Source: Hydrolagus affinis (Eukaryota). From it: 59,858 nt of DNA. Within the stretch, counting starts at the first letter, position 1; every line of letters begins with the position of its first letter. This document shows positions 36,231 through 50,367 of the stretch, one piece after another. Location: NCBI GenBank assembly GCA_012026655.1, contig JAAILG010001935.1, positions 1 to 59,858 on the forward strand, in the 5' to 3' direction. Made by a program: the position numbers and the translations under genes. The notes below the pieces were generated by a model. It did not search any database and was not told the origin of the DNA. It was given only the letters and a program-made list of their open reading frames with translations.

Positions 36231-39200
36231 ACCTTGGGACGTCAAGTCATCAAGTGATGAGGTGGGGTATTTTAATGGGGCTCAATGGGAGCAGGCTTTG
36301 TAACCTGAGATATGTGCATATTTGATAAGTCCTGGATTCTTTTATTCAGTGTAAAGTGTAAAATAATATTTTATCTATTATTATTTATCCAATTTAACTC
36401 TGGATTGTTAATATATCACAAGTCAATTAACCAATACTGTATATCGGGACGCAAACATAATCTTAAAATTTAAGGTAGTGTAGAATTGTGGACAATTTTT
36501 GAACTCATAAAGGCATAATTTGGAATCTGGTTTTCTACAAATCCTAAAAAGAGAATTCCAAGAATAAATTTATAAATTTTACACAATGTTAACTGTTAAC
36601 TTTCTTAATCTTGAATGGATGTTTATAAAATTGTCTTGTATGCTAAGAGAAGATGCAATTTTGGGACACGCATTCTTATATTACTTGTCATATAAGTCTG
36701 TGTGCATGCCACACTCTAATATAACAGTGTTCATAATAGTCGCTTTGCAATTTCTCTCAAAAATATATCCTCATGGAGTTTGGGTACCACAGAATTATGG
36801 CACGGAAGGACCGATGTTGCTTTTTATACTTATTCTTCTAAACCTGCCAGAAGTTTCTGAGTTTATAGAAAGTCTAAAGATTTTCAGAATCATGCGTAGA
36901 ATTGCCTTGAGCCCAGCCTATAACAATTATGAGGGAGAAATGTAAATCCAGCTTCCAGTACTACAACATTCCACAGCTAGAAATGCTATTACACAGTACT
37001 TCTCTCCTGGTAGAGCATTGGACTTCTGTTAATGTCTTGCGCTCATTACCGAGGCTGTCTAAAAGGTGACAATGAACTCCACAAGATTATCTCTAGTTTC
37101 GTTATAATTATGCTCCTTTTTGCTGAGCTTTTCCAGGGACTTACTTATATAACTGTGAACTTTCACTCAGTGATGCAAATGAGTGGATTAGAAGCTTCTT
37201 TACAGGATTGATACCTGTATTACTTAAGAGATTACCCTTTTGAAGGCACACACAATCTAACAACAGGTGGATGCTGCGAAAGTTTTTGTACATGTATGTA
37301 AAATGATGAAACTGATGAAATGTACAAGTTGATGCCAGACTGGCTGAATGTCCAAATAAAATTATAAAACCCACAAAAAATAAAACTCTTTGATTTTTCA
37401 TTGTCATTCATAAGTCATGCTTGTGAAGCTTCCAGTTACTTGAACATGTTTGCAGGCATTAACCAAACTGAAATAACTACTCAGAGCAAACACTTTTTGA
37501 TTAATTGCTGATGTCTACCATAGCTTCCTCTGCTGACACTTCTGTATTCCTATCTCCAAGTAATTAATTTGCAAAGGGAAAAAATCAATGGTTTGGTATG
37601 GCATGAGCAGTTAAAGCTTGTCACTTACCATTGTGAATCTTGTTCTAAATTATACCATCATGTTATTCTGTCTGCATTACTTGGATGTGACAAACAATGT
37701 ATCTTGGTGGTCAGTCTGACGAGCATTTAAATGCATCTCTTCCTCTTTCCTGTTGTTTCCAAACTTCACCGGTCTGTGGGCATAATATTTCTTACAATGC
37801 ATTCAATAAAAGTGCCATTAGTTCGGAGCCAGCTATAATTTATTATTGCTATAATAAAAACCTTGAGCAAAAAGTACTGTTATTATAAAGCTGAGCTCTA
37901 GCAGGCAAAAAGTCTATCATTTTAGATTTAGGATTAATATGCTGAAAGGTAATTAATGCACAATAACAATGATAATGGTACATGGTGACCTTCAGAATGT
38001 ATGTAGGAGATCTTTATTAGAAAAAAAGTTGAGTACAGTATCTTGAATCAAACAAAATAATCTATTGGAACTGAAATCTTAGATTTCACAGAAATGAACT
38101 TTTAAGGAAAAGTATAGTGTATGTGCAGCAAAACTCAATATTCTGTTGATCGAAAGTGGAAAGGGGCACCAAACCATTTCGATTGTTCTAGTCTGGTCCA
38201 AAACAAAATGTATCAATTAAAAGTAATTCAAAGAAATAAAGCAGAGGAGTGCATTAGAGAAAGCAAGAATGAAGATAAATGGTAATGAGTCAGGTGATAA
38301 GGCCAGAGCTATGGAAGAGGAAAATGCAAAGAGCAATTTAAGCATTAAGTGTGACACTTCCAAACTTAGGTTCAGTTGAGGAACCAATTATAATTACTAT
38401 TGCATTGAAATGAATGAGTTGTAATAAGGTTTAATCATTTTGTTGAGTTTGAAATGGAAACGTATCTTTTCTCTGGCAAGTACAGTAATCAGAAAATAAG
38501 TACTTCCTAATTGTTGCTGATAGTTTGCATGTACACAATTACTCATTCCTCTTCCTGAATAAGAATGGTAAACAGCACTTTACGTATGCATTTTTATTCT
38601 GTGCAGAGCTAAGTCATGCAGCTACTCAATCCATCAATCCTATCATTAAATGTACAATCCCAAATGGATGCAGGAAAATAAACAATTCATTTAAAAAAAT
38701 AATTGTGGTGGAATAAAATGTACGTATGATTTTATTTTTCCGTAAATCACACTCACCTTCTGATAATGATGACACTGAGGGCTGTCATTGTAGTAATTCA
38801 GAACAGTATTTGATAATAATAATTCTGTATTCCAAACAAAGGCTGATTCCAGTAACCAAACCCTCGTCACGTCAATCCACTGAGACTCTAACATCATGAC
38901 GCTTAAGAGTATCAGGAGTAACCAATCATCCTGCTTAAGAGAATCCAAATCATATTGCGAATTCCATGCATCCCAACTACACAAGGAAATTCCTGAGATA
39001 GATTGTTGGAATGGAATGCACACTCTCGCCCTGCAGGGACACATCCTGCAAAAGTATCCTCCAAAAAGTATTAGGCACAGGTTCGCAAGAGTCAAGGCTT
39101 GGAGACCAGTGCAGGAAAAAAAATTCCACCTGAGACTATTCCCAACAAGAGACAATGGGTTTTCATCCCATTAGTATGAGTTGGCTGCAAACCTTGACTT

Positions 39201-40958
39201 TGGGGAGAATTAATTGTATTCCTGAATTTCTGTTTCTCTTCTCCCAGCTCAACATAAGAATTTAGCATATAATGGTTTAAATGAGGGCCACTTGAGATAC
39301 CATAGTGTAGTTTCACTGGGTGTTTTGGGCTCTGGAAGAGCTTCTCTTGTGTATTTCTTATCCGCCTATCTGGCAGTTTGTGAATGAAGAACTAGTTGGA
39401 ACAGATGGAGCTCCACAAAAAATTTTCTAATCAGTCATAAAACAAACAAGTGAACAATAATGCTAGCAGCCAAGATTTAGCACTGTGCCAAGAGGGTTTA
39501 GTGATTACAATGGAGCGGAACAGGAGTTAACAGAAAAAAATGCAAGTTCTGACAAAACGAAGTTTTTCTATGTACAGTATCAGTATTAGTGTACAGCTTG
39601 TGATGGTCATTAATATTGTTGAAGTGATGATTAATTCAATTGGTTGTCTCTAGGTCCAACATTGAGGACATTGGAAATCTCAATGTCTCTTTTTCGTGAA
39701 GCATTGTAGAGGACAAATCAGCTAATGGTGGCGTTTGCAATAATACCTTTTTTTAAAAAATAAATCTTCAGTGCAACTAAACACATTCTGATATAATCTA
39801 TATTGTTGTTAATTTCTGGTTTAATACTAATAAGAGTATTATAAGAGGAAGTAACTTAACACATAGTCATTACATAAAGGCTACGTGGCCAAAACTCTGA
39901 TTTTTGTCAGGTTCTTTGTCTTTACAATAATAAGAGTGTATATTTTTATCACAGAATCCACCTGATCTAACAAGTTCTAAAAAAAAGGGATAGGGAATTC
40001 TTTTAAAGAAAAAATAAATAAAGATTCCAGCAAAAATCCTGTCTGAGGTAGACAACGGTTATTATTTCCCAATTGGAAAGCATCATAAACAAATTAAATG
40101 ATTGGATTTGGACCTACAAGTGGCAACAGGCTTGCAAGGTACAAAATACTGAGATATATTTGGGGAACGGTGTTCAGATTCCACAGGAAGTGAACATTAC
40201 CCAAATATTCCAGTGCATTGTAATGTAATGATAAACTGCATAGCTACTGTTTTCCTCTTACTCCCTATTTGTCTAGAATTAGATAAATAGGGAGACATTT
40301 CAACTTCTTAGGTTTACAATTATTAAATCTATTTAGGAAACTATATCAAAAGTAATCAACAGGCACTAATCCAGGCAAGAGAGCTGAATACATCTGAATT
40401 TGATTCAGGCAAATATGGCTGAATTTGATTCAGTGAAATTCAGTCAAATCAAAACCTTTGCTAGTTCAGATCAATATGTTCTAAGAATAGGAACTTCACC
40501 ATATTGTATTGTCATCTATATGCATGTATAGCTATGATACATTTAGGACATCAAAAAAATTTTCATTTGCTGCCAACTGAGATCAGTTTAGAAGAATAAA
40601 ACCTGTTCTAACTGAAATGAAAAGCATTTGAACTTAAATGAGCATAAGTATCCAGGGTAACACAGTCGAGTTAACATTAGACTCAGAAATAGAAGGTTCT
40701 GGGACTGAATGCCAGTCGGTCAAATTAGCTCTTCAATCTGTTGAGGTTGCTTTAATAGTTTAATGAATCCCTTATCTAAGGCTACTTTTCTTGTAAGGCA
40801 AGCAGGGTCATTCAGGGTTGCAAAACCAGATAGATTTCCAGTAATCCAAGTTATTGTTGATGGTGAACCAGCCTAATTTGCTCATCAATGAGACTTAGAA
40901 GTGTGGGCACATCATCAAATTGTGAACCAAAATATTAATTGTGAGTGAAGACCCAGAA

Positions 40959-41272
40959 AATAATATTACTGATCCTTGCATTTGATGTAGTGCTTTTCAC
41001 ATCTTCTAGACGTCTCAAAGCGCTTCATAGAATACACTGTAAATCTAATTGACTATATTTGTGGGTGAAATGCAGTAGGCAATTACGCACAGCAGTGTAT
41101 CACAAACAGTTGTGGATTGATGTGTCAAATTTATTACTTTTTTTTTCTTGAGAGATTATTATCAGGCTTGTGGAGTAAGGAAACTTGCCCAAGATTTTGT
41201 CTTGCCTGCCGGGAATCAAACTGAGGTCTCTTGTTTTCGAGGCAAGCGCTCTAACCACTGAGCTGCTGGACT
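40959..41272 (-). mobile_element. Full-length tRNA-Ala-derived (TTA)n SINE
   Basis: Reverse complement begins agtccagcagctcagtggttagagcgcttgcc and ends atcaaatgcaaggatc; colinear with 56535-56878. Confidence 0.9.
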
Positions 41273-41892
41273 TGTCCACATGGACAAGTGCTGAGCAATA
41301 TTCCAGTACATTGTAATGTAATGGTAAACTGCATAGCTACTATTATTATATTAATCCCTATTGTTGAATTAAGAATTCAAGTGATTCTCTTGGATTCAAA
41401 TCATGACAGATCTATGAGACATTCACTTTTATGTTTGCCGCTGATACTGCTGAGAAACATTTTCAGTACGCAGGCATCTTATCAGATGCCAATGTTTAAA
41501 CCTGAAGCACCCCACCCCCTACCCTACCCAATTGTTTCAGAGAACAAATCTTGTGAAATTTTGAGTTTGGATAGGCGTTGAATGGTGCACAATTCTTGTA
41601 TCTCAAGAAACATGTTTTTTTTCACTTTGATAAATAAATCACTAAAAGATTAGCATCTCAACAATAGATCAATAGATAAATAGATAAGGGCATGATCTTC
41701 ACATCAACAATTTGGAAGAGGATCCTCAATCTATAATGGACGTACCAAAAAATGACTAAAGACCCGTGTTTTGACAGATTTGAAAACATCAAGATATCAT
41801 TCAGCATGTGTCAGTAATCAAGGCAGACCTTTTCTCAATTAATCTTAAGATGATCCTTATTGTTCCGAATTTGGCTCTGCAACTCTTAAATT

Positions 41893-42285
41893 AACAACAA
41901 AATTACACTTGTATAGCGTCTTTCACATCAAGAGGATGTCCCAAGGCACTGGACAGTCACTGTTTCAGAAACGAGCTGGAGTCGGGAATGGGGTGGGTGG
42001 AGAGAAAGGGGGGGATTTGGGGTGACTGATGGGACCATCGAAGTGGAGAGTCTTGAGGCGGGACTTAAAGGAGACTAGGGAGGGGCGAGGTGGAGGGACT
42101 ACAGGATGGAATTCCAGAGGTTGGGGGCAGAGTGGCTAAAAGCTCACCCATCAATGCTGGAGTGGGTGGGTGGGTCGGAGGATATAAAGTAGGTCGGAGC
42201 CTGCTGAGTGGAAGCAGTGGGCAGGTTGGTAGGGGGTCAGAAGTTCACAAAGTTAGGACAGGAGTGGTCCTGGAGTCAAAAGTAG
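41893..42285 (-). mobile_element. L2 3' fragment
   Basis: aacaacaaaattacacttgtatagcg tail followed by G-rich sequence matching the reverse complement of 9800-10133 (gtcttgaggcgggacttaaagg, gatggaattccaga). Confidence 0.85.
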
Positions 42286-44439
42286 AGGCAGAAAGATAGA
42301 ATTAACCTGAATAAACACAACATTCTTAGTAGGGATGGCATTTTGGCTTTTGAAAGATAACATTCACCTTATTACTCACAGTATCTAATTGCCTAATGCC
42401 ATCACTACCAAGTTTATTGGGTTTATTCAGATTCATTTTCTGATAAGTTCCTGTTTTCCTACTATGTACCACAGCTGGATATCTGAAAGGAAGCATCACT
42501 TTAGATTTGTGAATGGCAAACATGTATAGAACATGTGGGACATCATTTTCCTGAAAGTGATGGACGGAGTTGTGTTTTATAGAATAAATTATGTATTGTG
42601 CCAAAAATAATTTTGTGAATACAGTACTAAAATTGACTGTCCTTTGTGGGGTTCAAAGATTGATAGGTTGCCATTGCCAAAAGTACAAATACACATAAAT
42701 CTGTAAAAACAAGTCATTCATTGTGAGATTCCAATAGGCAACAGTGACAAAGATTGTGATTACCATGACTGTAATTTACAATCAACCTTAAACACCTTTG
42801 TTTGCTACTTTCTAAAGACCATGGGAACACTCAACATTGTTTTCTATTTATACCATCTTAAAATGTTTGTTTTCTCCCATTTCCGATTTGCTCCCTTTCA
42901 GAAAGAATTGGGTTCTATTGATTGTCTTGTGTTTCCATTTGCATCCACACAGATATTAAAATGTGTTTAAGGCTTAGGAAAGACATTTAAAAATACCACG
43001 TGTTGCTGACGAAGGCAAACATTCATTAACCCTAAACAATGTCTTTGCAACTGGTCACAGCTGTCTTAAACCAAAAAATTGCTTTCTGGCAAACATCTTC
43101 ATTCGCTGTATTTGATTAATTTTAATGCAAATATTGAAAGGGCTTTAGAATAAAGACACTTTGCAGCCAGCTGCTTGTCACTAATGGTACCAAAGCTGAT
43201 TCAGTGTCCTCCCTGCATTGTAATATTGGTTGTACAAATGATCTTAACTCTGATACAAAACAACCCCACAGCAAAACAAAAACAACTTGAATTTGCTTGA
43301 CAAAATCACTGGAAACCCTTTCATTTACTTGGGATTTTGTTGAAATTTAGCTATTTGATATACTATGTCAAATTATAATGTGACCATGTCAGCTGGTAGG
43401 GTAGTATCAGTATGTGTTTTGAAACCATAATGAGAGTGAAATTTGAGGCCACGATAACTTCCTAGGATTCTAGCTCTTTTTAAATTGATTTCCATGCTAT
43501 GAAAGGCGTCCTTTCAATCAACATAGGCAGCTTTTTTGTCTTCTTGCTTGGAGCAAGAGACAGGATTTTATCTTTTGCCCTTCATTTGCAGTGATAACTT
43601 GGGGCCATGTAAAAGGTAAAAACTCCCCCTTTGCCTTATTATTTCCGTTCAACAGATGCTCCTTATTCAAGACCCTGCCATTTCAGCCTTTTAGTTAACA
43701 TTAAACTAAAGTGCAACTCATTGCAGCCCCGTGCAAAGAAATGAAGACTTCAGAGGCATAACTATTCCTTTAAGGTGTGAAATTAGGTAGAAAGGAAAAA
43801 TTGATTCATCACTGTGACAACCTGAACACTGGGAATTACTTTCTTGCGCATATAATTTAAAAGATCAATAAGATGAATATATAAAGGCAAGTGCTATTTA
43901 CTGTAGCAGTAAAAGTAATATCAGGTGTGACGTGTTGTGCATTTCAAATTTAGCTTTGTTTACCGTCCCTGAAACCCTCATAGTGGAAAAGCTAAAGAGG
44001 CTTGTGTCAGGGTCACTCTAGGTGTGTTTATCACATTGTCAGTACATTAGAAGTTACATTATAACTTAAAATGACCACATTATTATCTAATCCCAGAGAA
44101 GTGATAAGACTACCTATTTTACAGAAATAGAAGTTGCGCTTGATAAAATACCAAATTTATTGCTAAGAAATCCAAGATAATATGGAAGATTTGTCCTTCC
44201 TGAAAATTGAACTTTGTTGTTACAAACAAAAATGGTCTGTACCTCGCAAGCAGTAAAAAAAAGTCTTCAATCACCTATTGTACTCAAAGTTGTAATATTC
44301 TTAATCCCATTACCAATATTTTCTTCTAAAACTATTATTAATCCCCCCAAAAGGGGGCTGAGAGCATAATTTGGAAAAATTTATTAATAGGAATTTAATG
44401 AGTAAATATGAGTTGTACAAATATCATTCCATTCCAGTG

Positions 44440-44743
44440 ATAATAATAATCCTTGCATTTGATTTGGCACTTTTCACATCTCAAAGCGCTTCACAAAATA
44501 TACTGTAAAGTGAATACACTGTATATTTTGTGGGTGAAACACAGCAGCCAATTGCACACTCAGCAGTGTTCCATAAACAGTCGTGGATTGAAATGACCAA
44601 ATTATTACTGTTTTTTTTCTTGAGGGATCATTATCATCCATATAGAGTAAGGAAACTTGTTCAAGATTTCGCCCTGCCTGGAATTGAGCCCAGGTCTCTT
44701 GCTTGCAAGTTAAGTGCTCTAACCACTGAGCTACAGGATACCA
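44440..44743 (-). mobile_element. Full-length tRNA-Ala-derived (TTA)n SINE
   Basis: Reverse complement begins tcctgtagctcagtggttagagcacttaacttgcaagcaagagacctggg and ends caaatgcaaggattattatta. Confidence 0.92.
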
Positions 44744-47127
44744 CGAGATATCCAATATGATATAACAAAAATATTATATTTTTACATCCACAGTTTTATG
44801 CCTGTGGGTTGATACGAATTGTAATGGGGGTTCCTTATCCAGCAATCCTGTTTGAATTCCCAAAGCTGCCTCACAGCAGATATTGCATGTGGCAATGGAG
44901 TGCCATTTAGAGGCGTACCAGTGTAGCTCAACTTAAAAAAAAATCTAAGTTATGTTAGTATCCCCAGAAACAGCACTCCCATAATACGACCTATAGACTG
45001 TGAGAATTAGCATATTACACAAGTCTGAATTTTCACTACTGTATTTCTTAATGAGCACATCTTATCTCATCTTAGAAACACGGGGAACAAAATAAGAGCA
45101 AATACCTGCAGGATATTTACTGGTATTTTACCTCTGGTTCCTTTCCAGCATGAAACAAGCAATGAAAATCAGTCATCAACATTCCGTTCACTCAACATCT
45201 TTATGTTTATTAGACAAGGAAGTGAATCAGTATGAGAGAAGTGTTTCTGTGGTAGCTGAGTACTTTGCCAGGCTGAGCGATTAGTGGACCATTTGAAGGC
45301 AGATGCTATAAATTGCAAATAACCATAATGTATTAGATAGGAAAAAAGTGATTACTCTAATTTTAAGTAAGACACTTGTGGCAATAATCCAAACATTAAA
45401 CCTCTGAATCCTCCACCAGAGCAGTGTTCAGTCATCACTGGTCCACAAATGTAATGTGACCTTGATCTTTGGAGTCTATGACAACAACATGGGTATTAAA
45501 AAAAAATGCTGTTCGTTAAGCCTGTATTAGCTGCAATGGATGAGGTAATTTGTCAGACTACAGCAAATTTCTGAGGTAAAAGGCCTAGGAATCAACCTGA
45601 TAGGACAAGTTTGCTAGTACTCTTGGAGGTGATTTATAATCATGGTTCTATGCTTCCTGCATAATGTATAAGCTCTGGGAATACTATTTCCATGGTCTTT
45701 CATAGCAGAGATGGATTTAATATGTGCTAAATAAATGGCTATTTAGCTTGTTTGTACCAGCATCGTTATACCAGGTCGGACAGGGTCATCGCTGACCACG
45801 GAATTCAGCTATAATATGGAACTGATTATAACCATTTCATGGAGCAGGTCCATTATTCCACCTAGAAAGCCTCAAAACATCAATGTTATTAAAAACAATG
45901 TTCATTGTTTTATTAAAAACAATGCCATTTTGGTGGTGGTTTCCGCAGCAAGGTGTCAAGGGCACTAAAAATAATATACATCCCAAATTCCTGGTCTTTA
46001 ATAGGCACCGCACTGCGATCTCACAGGGATCTTGTGGCCTTCAGATATAGTAACAAGCTCAAATGGAATAATTCAGGAAGGCTGTCTATGAGCGATTTTA
46101 ATCTTGAAACACAAACCAGCCTGGATTGCAACACACATTGTTCTTATGGTACGCTGTTTCATTTATTGCTAGTTTAGCATTAAAACCAAGTGGCGGAAAG
46201 AAATTTACAGCACAAGTCAATAAACTTAATGTTTTGGAAGATCTTGTGTACAGCCAAATTGATGAAACTTAACACCCAAAGTAATACATGATACAGACCA
46301 TTAACTCAAACACCTCGTCTATTTATCTTTTCAAATCCTATGTATTTAGAATACTGAAGTGGAAGCTGCCAGTGAAACCATGGGTTGTTCATTATTCTTG
46401 GGGTTTTAGTTATTTTACAGAACAGAAGAAGCATTTCTGGTTTGTTTTGAAAGGAAATAATTGCATTTCCTGAACTTTATAAACTGCTAACTTAACTCCT
46501 GACACCTGGTAATTAGCATCGGTGGTAACTTTTTGGTCCGTGAGTGTTTATTTATTAATAATCCCACACATTTATCAATGAAAATTGCTCATATTAATGA
46601 GGAACAAAGCAACTGTTGAGATACTCACTGTGTCCTTCTATACATTGTTTTTCAAGCATCATTTGATATTTGCATTCAAACAAATTGAACACTATGTTCT
46701 TTACAACTGACTGTGATGTTTCCAAATGCGTGGCACATATCCATTGTAATGTTAATACTTGCTTATTTAATGTTGCGCTCACCTTGAAAGCCTTGCAGAA
46801 ATTGTGATTTGAGACTTTGCTGCTAACATTAATTTCAACAAACTCCGGTCAATGCCGTATTGACCAGCTATGTTGAATTGCACACCACACAACCCCACTA
46901 TCTTCACTGAATATAAATCACTTAAAACGACAGAGACACAGCCATTTAAGGCTGAGTTTTTTTTTCCTGTAACATCTTATTTCATTAGAATCATTATGCA
47001 GCTGGCAACACTGAGTATTGGGGTTGACATTTTCTAATGTTGTGACATTGACTAGATGCCTTACGACTTTCAAATAGGAATTTCAGAAAGATTAACAAGG
47101 TGCTTCAAGGAGATTATTATTTCAAGG

Positions 47128-47237
47128 AAATAAACAGTCAACCACTTTACAGAATATTCTATGAAGTGCTTTGAGGCGTCTAGAACCTGTGGTAAGGTAC
47201 ATGTGATAAATCCAACACTTATTATTATTATTATTAT
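47128..47237 (+). mobile_element. SINE 3' fragment with (TTA)n tail
   Basis: acagtcaaccactttacagaatattctatgaagtgctttgaggcgtctagaa then (tta)n. Confidence 0.75.
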
Positions 47238-50200
47238 AAATTACAGCAGGGGGATGCAATAAAGCCCACCATGCATTTGTCCTTTCTTTGCAACGTAAAT
47301 GCCTTCCTGCCCGCAACTTTTAGGCTCTCTGACATTGTGAGTGAAAAGAACAAACTATATTTTCATGAATTCTGAATCTTTTAAAAAAATGAACTGGGCA
47401 GCGGGTGCCACTAAGCAATGCGTGGAATTAGTAGAAGGTGTGGGGCTCTACCTTCCCCAAACCAAGGAAGTGTGGTGAAGGTTGGTCCATGACATGGAAG
47501 CATGCCCAGCGGACCTTAGCGCAGAAGGGGACTCAAAATGAGCTCAGAGTTGTAATGTTACTTGTATTTCTTAGAATATCACAAAGAAATAGTGTACATT
47601 GTCTGCGCTATTTCACTGCATCTCGTACCACAGAGAAGTGACTGAGATGAAAAAAAATGGCATTCTTCACTGCCGCAAACATTTAAGTTTCTCAAACTAC
47701 ATACCCGGGATTAGTAAATTCTAGCAACTTTAGTGTTACTTCACTCAATGCTATGTCACATATGGCATTGTTTACTTTGCACAGCCTGCTGTTGCTCTGT
47801 GAATTTCCAAAGAACGTCACAGTATTCCCGGGATTTAAATAATTCTCTGCTAATTCTTGGTAAATTTACAAATCTTGGCAACATGCACATATTTTTTAAA
47901 AATTGTGTTATCAGCACACACTGACAAGCAGAGAATAAACCCTTGAAATCTGCAAAATATAGTTAGTTAAATGTTACCAGGAGCTGCACAGGAAACATAG
48001 AGGAAAATGTATGCAGTCAATTCTGGAGTGGGTTGAATTATATGTGAGATTCCTGTGTGAGAGAAATGGTTAATGATCATTTAGTGTTAAGGTTAGCATC
48101 CTGAGCACATGTTGGGTTGTCAGTTACACTCCAGATCAGTGGTTTCTGTTTGGTACTGACCTCAACATTGCTCTCTTTCTTTTTATCATTCCAATTGAAT
48201 CAGAAAAATGAATCATTAAATTCAACCAGCAAAAGGGCACTCGGCCATTAAAAGACCACTGTTCTTCAAAGAGCCTCTTGCACTTTTCTAATGTTTGACA
48301 AACATGTCTCTGATAAAACATTCTCTTTTTTAATATCATATTCTATTAATGATTCAAGCCTGGCTCCCTGGATCACTTAATGATCAGGACCTACTTATTC
48401 CCCTGCAATCTTTGTGTTTGATTTGCTCAGAACATCCAAGACCTGGGGCAATTATACAAAATGAAACTGAAGATGATCAATACCTTTGCTTCTTTAGTGC
48501 TGGTGGCATGGGAGTAGGAAGGAGAAACTGATTGCAATTTGCACTAAGCATTCAGTACCGCTGGCAAATTCTGAGGTCAGGATTGAACAGACACTAATGC
48601 TGCTGGACAACGGCAGATTGCGGCTGCACTCTCCAGCCTCTGGAGGACTCACGGATGTCATCGATGAGTGTCAGAGCAAGGGCTTGTTCCTGACAGGGCG
48701 GTGGGCGAAGTGGGGAAGGTTGGTCAGAGTAGAACAACCTGTGACAGGGTCACCCAGCCACATATCGAAACCAGGCAGGGGGCCATTCTCCCAATATTAG
48801 TGCTTTACTGACCTTGGGGCGCGCATTTAAAATGGGCTATTAATTGATCATTTTACCATCAAGTGGAAAATATTACTTGCTTGTTGTCTAGGTCAGTAAA
48901 TTTATCAACCAGCCAAGAATAACCCTCTAGGTTCCTAAACCAAAAAGTCAGCAAATTTCTCGTTTGGGAGGTAATTTGTAAGTCTTCTCTATCTCCCTTC
49001 TGTATTACCCTTAATAACCACACAAGCAAACACCAATATAGAGAAATGAGCCAAATGGCTTCCTACAATGTCAGGCATTTCTATTGTTTATGGTTTTGTG
49101 GTGAAGGTTTTGACAAAGATTTGGGAGACGAACCACAAGAATTTATTGCCTCTCTCCATTGTTGCAAAATCTGTGGTTTGAATGAGTGTCACAACCTTGG
49201 AGACTGAGTCTTCATTGCTCTCAATGTGGGTACAGTTTAAGGATGTAAACAAGCAGAAATGTGAGGGATCCAGTCAAATAGAATGATCTCTCTGGCAGTT
49301 CTGATTGTTAAAAGGTGTACAGCTCCTTTATGCTCCCTCACCCTCCTTTGTCCCTGTCATTCATCACTGTAACAGACTTGGCTATCAGCTAAATCCAACA
49401 GAGAGAGTATGTTGATATCTTGTCAATCATTGGGAAGCCTATGTAAGCAGTACTGTACTGTGTCTGCAGCATAATGTACTTTAATCTGAGTGAACATGAT
49501 TTAAATTCAGTTGATACTAATGTTAACCTACATAAACCAAAGCGAGGCCTGAGGCTTATGCCTTGAGATAGGCACAATATACCCTGAGCGATCTGCTTGT
49601 CTAGGTATAGCCGGTGGTTTATTCCATAAGCCAAGTGAATTGTTTAGTTTCCATGTATTAATTCAAACAGCGGAAAATGTTGTATTATACTAAGGGGAAT
49701 TTTAAGCAAAAGCAACCCTGCTGCATGAAAGATACCCTCGTTACATGATCTCTACATCAATACACATTATAAAGTGTAGAACCGGTTGCTGCCAAGGTAT
49801 TGTATGTTGCACTCTCTATAAATAATTAACAAAATGTGCCATGTTTTGCGGTTCAGTAAATAAACTTGTTTCCCAAACCATGTGTTTGCTATCCGAACTC
49901 AGGGAATAGGGTTCTGTGGAATACAAATAAGAGGAAGAAATCATTAGTTGCTTCACTGATTGGAGCTTCCACATCAAAATATCACATTTACAAACTCAAT
50001 AATTCCCTTCTTGCATCCATTCGGTAACTCACAGCATCACCACCCTTTCCCTTAGGCTTCCTCACTCTCGCCCCATTTTCATCCATGCCTCTCTAAAGCA
50101 GCACATGCCACGTTAACTCGCTGTTCAATCAAGTGTCAACATTAGTGTTGCCGAGTCACATACTCTCACACGCACTTACAGTGTTTCAGTCAACATTACA

Positions 50201-50367
50201 TTCTTTAAGCTAAGGGATATTAGCTCTAGGAAATGGAACACTTTCCTCTTCGGATTATTGCATTAATATTGAACATTCAGTTACAACTCAGATACAACTC
50301 CCTTGACAGTGAACGTTGGGCGACTATTCCACTCTGAGAGGGTTCAGAGTTAATAATCATGTCTTAT

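Noticed and set aside
37716-37740. CTGACGA plus stem GCAT/ATGC as a hammerhead core
   Set aside because: No GAAA box follows the stem
38691-39174. 154-aa and 92-aa antiparallel ORFs
   Set aside because: No recognisable homology or consistent splice signals
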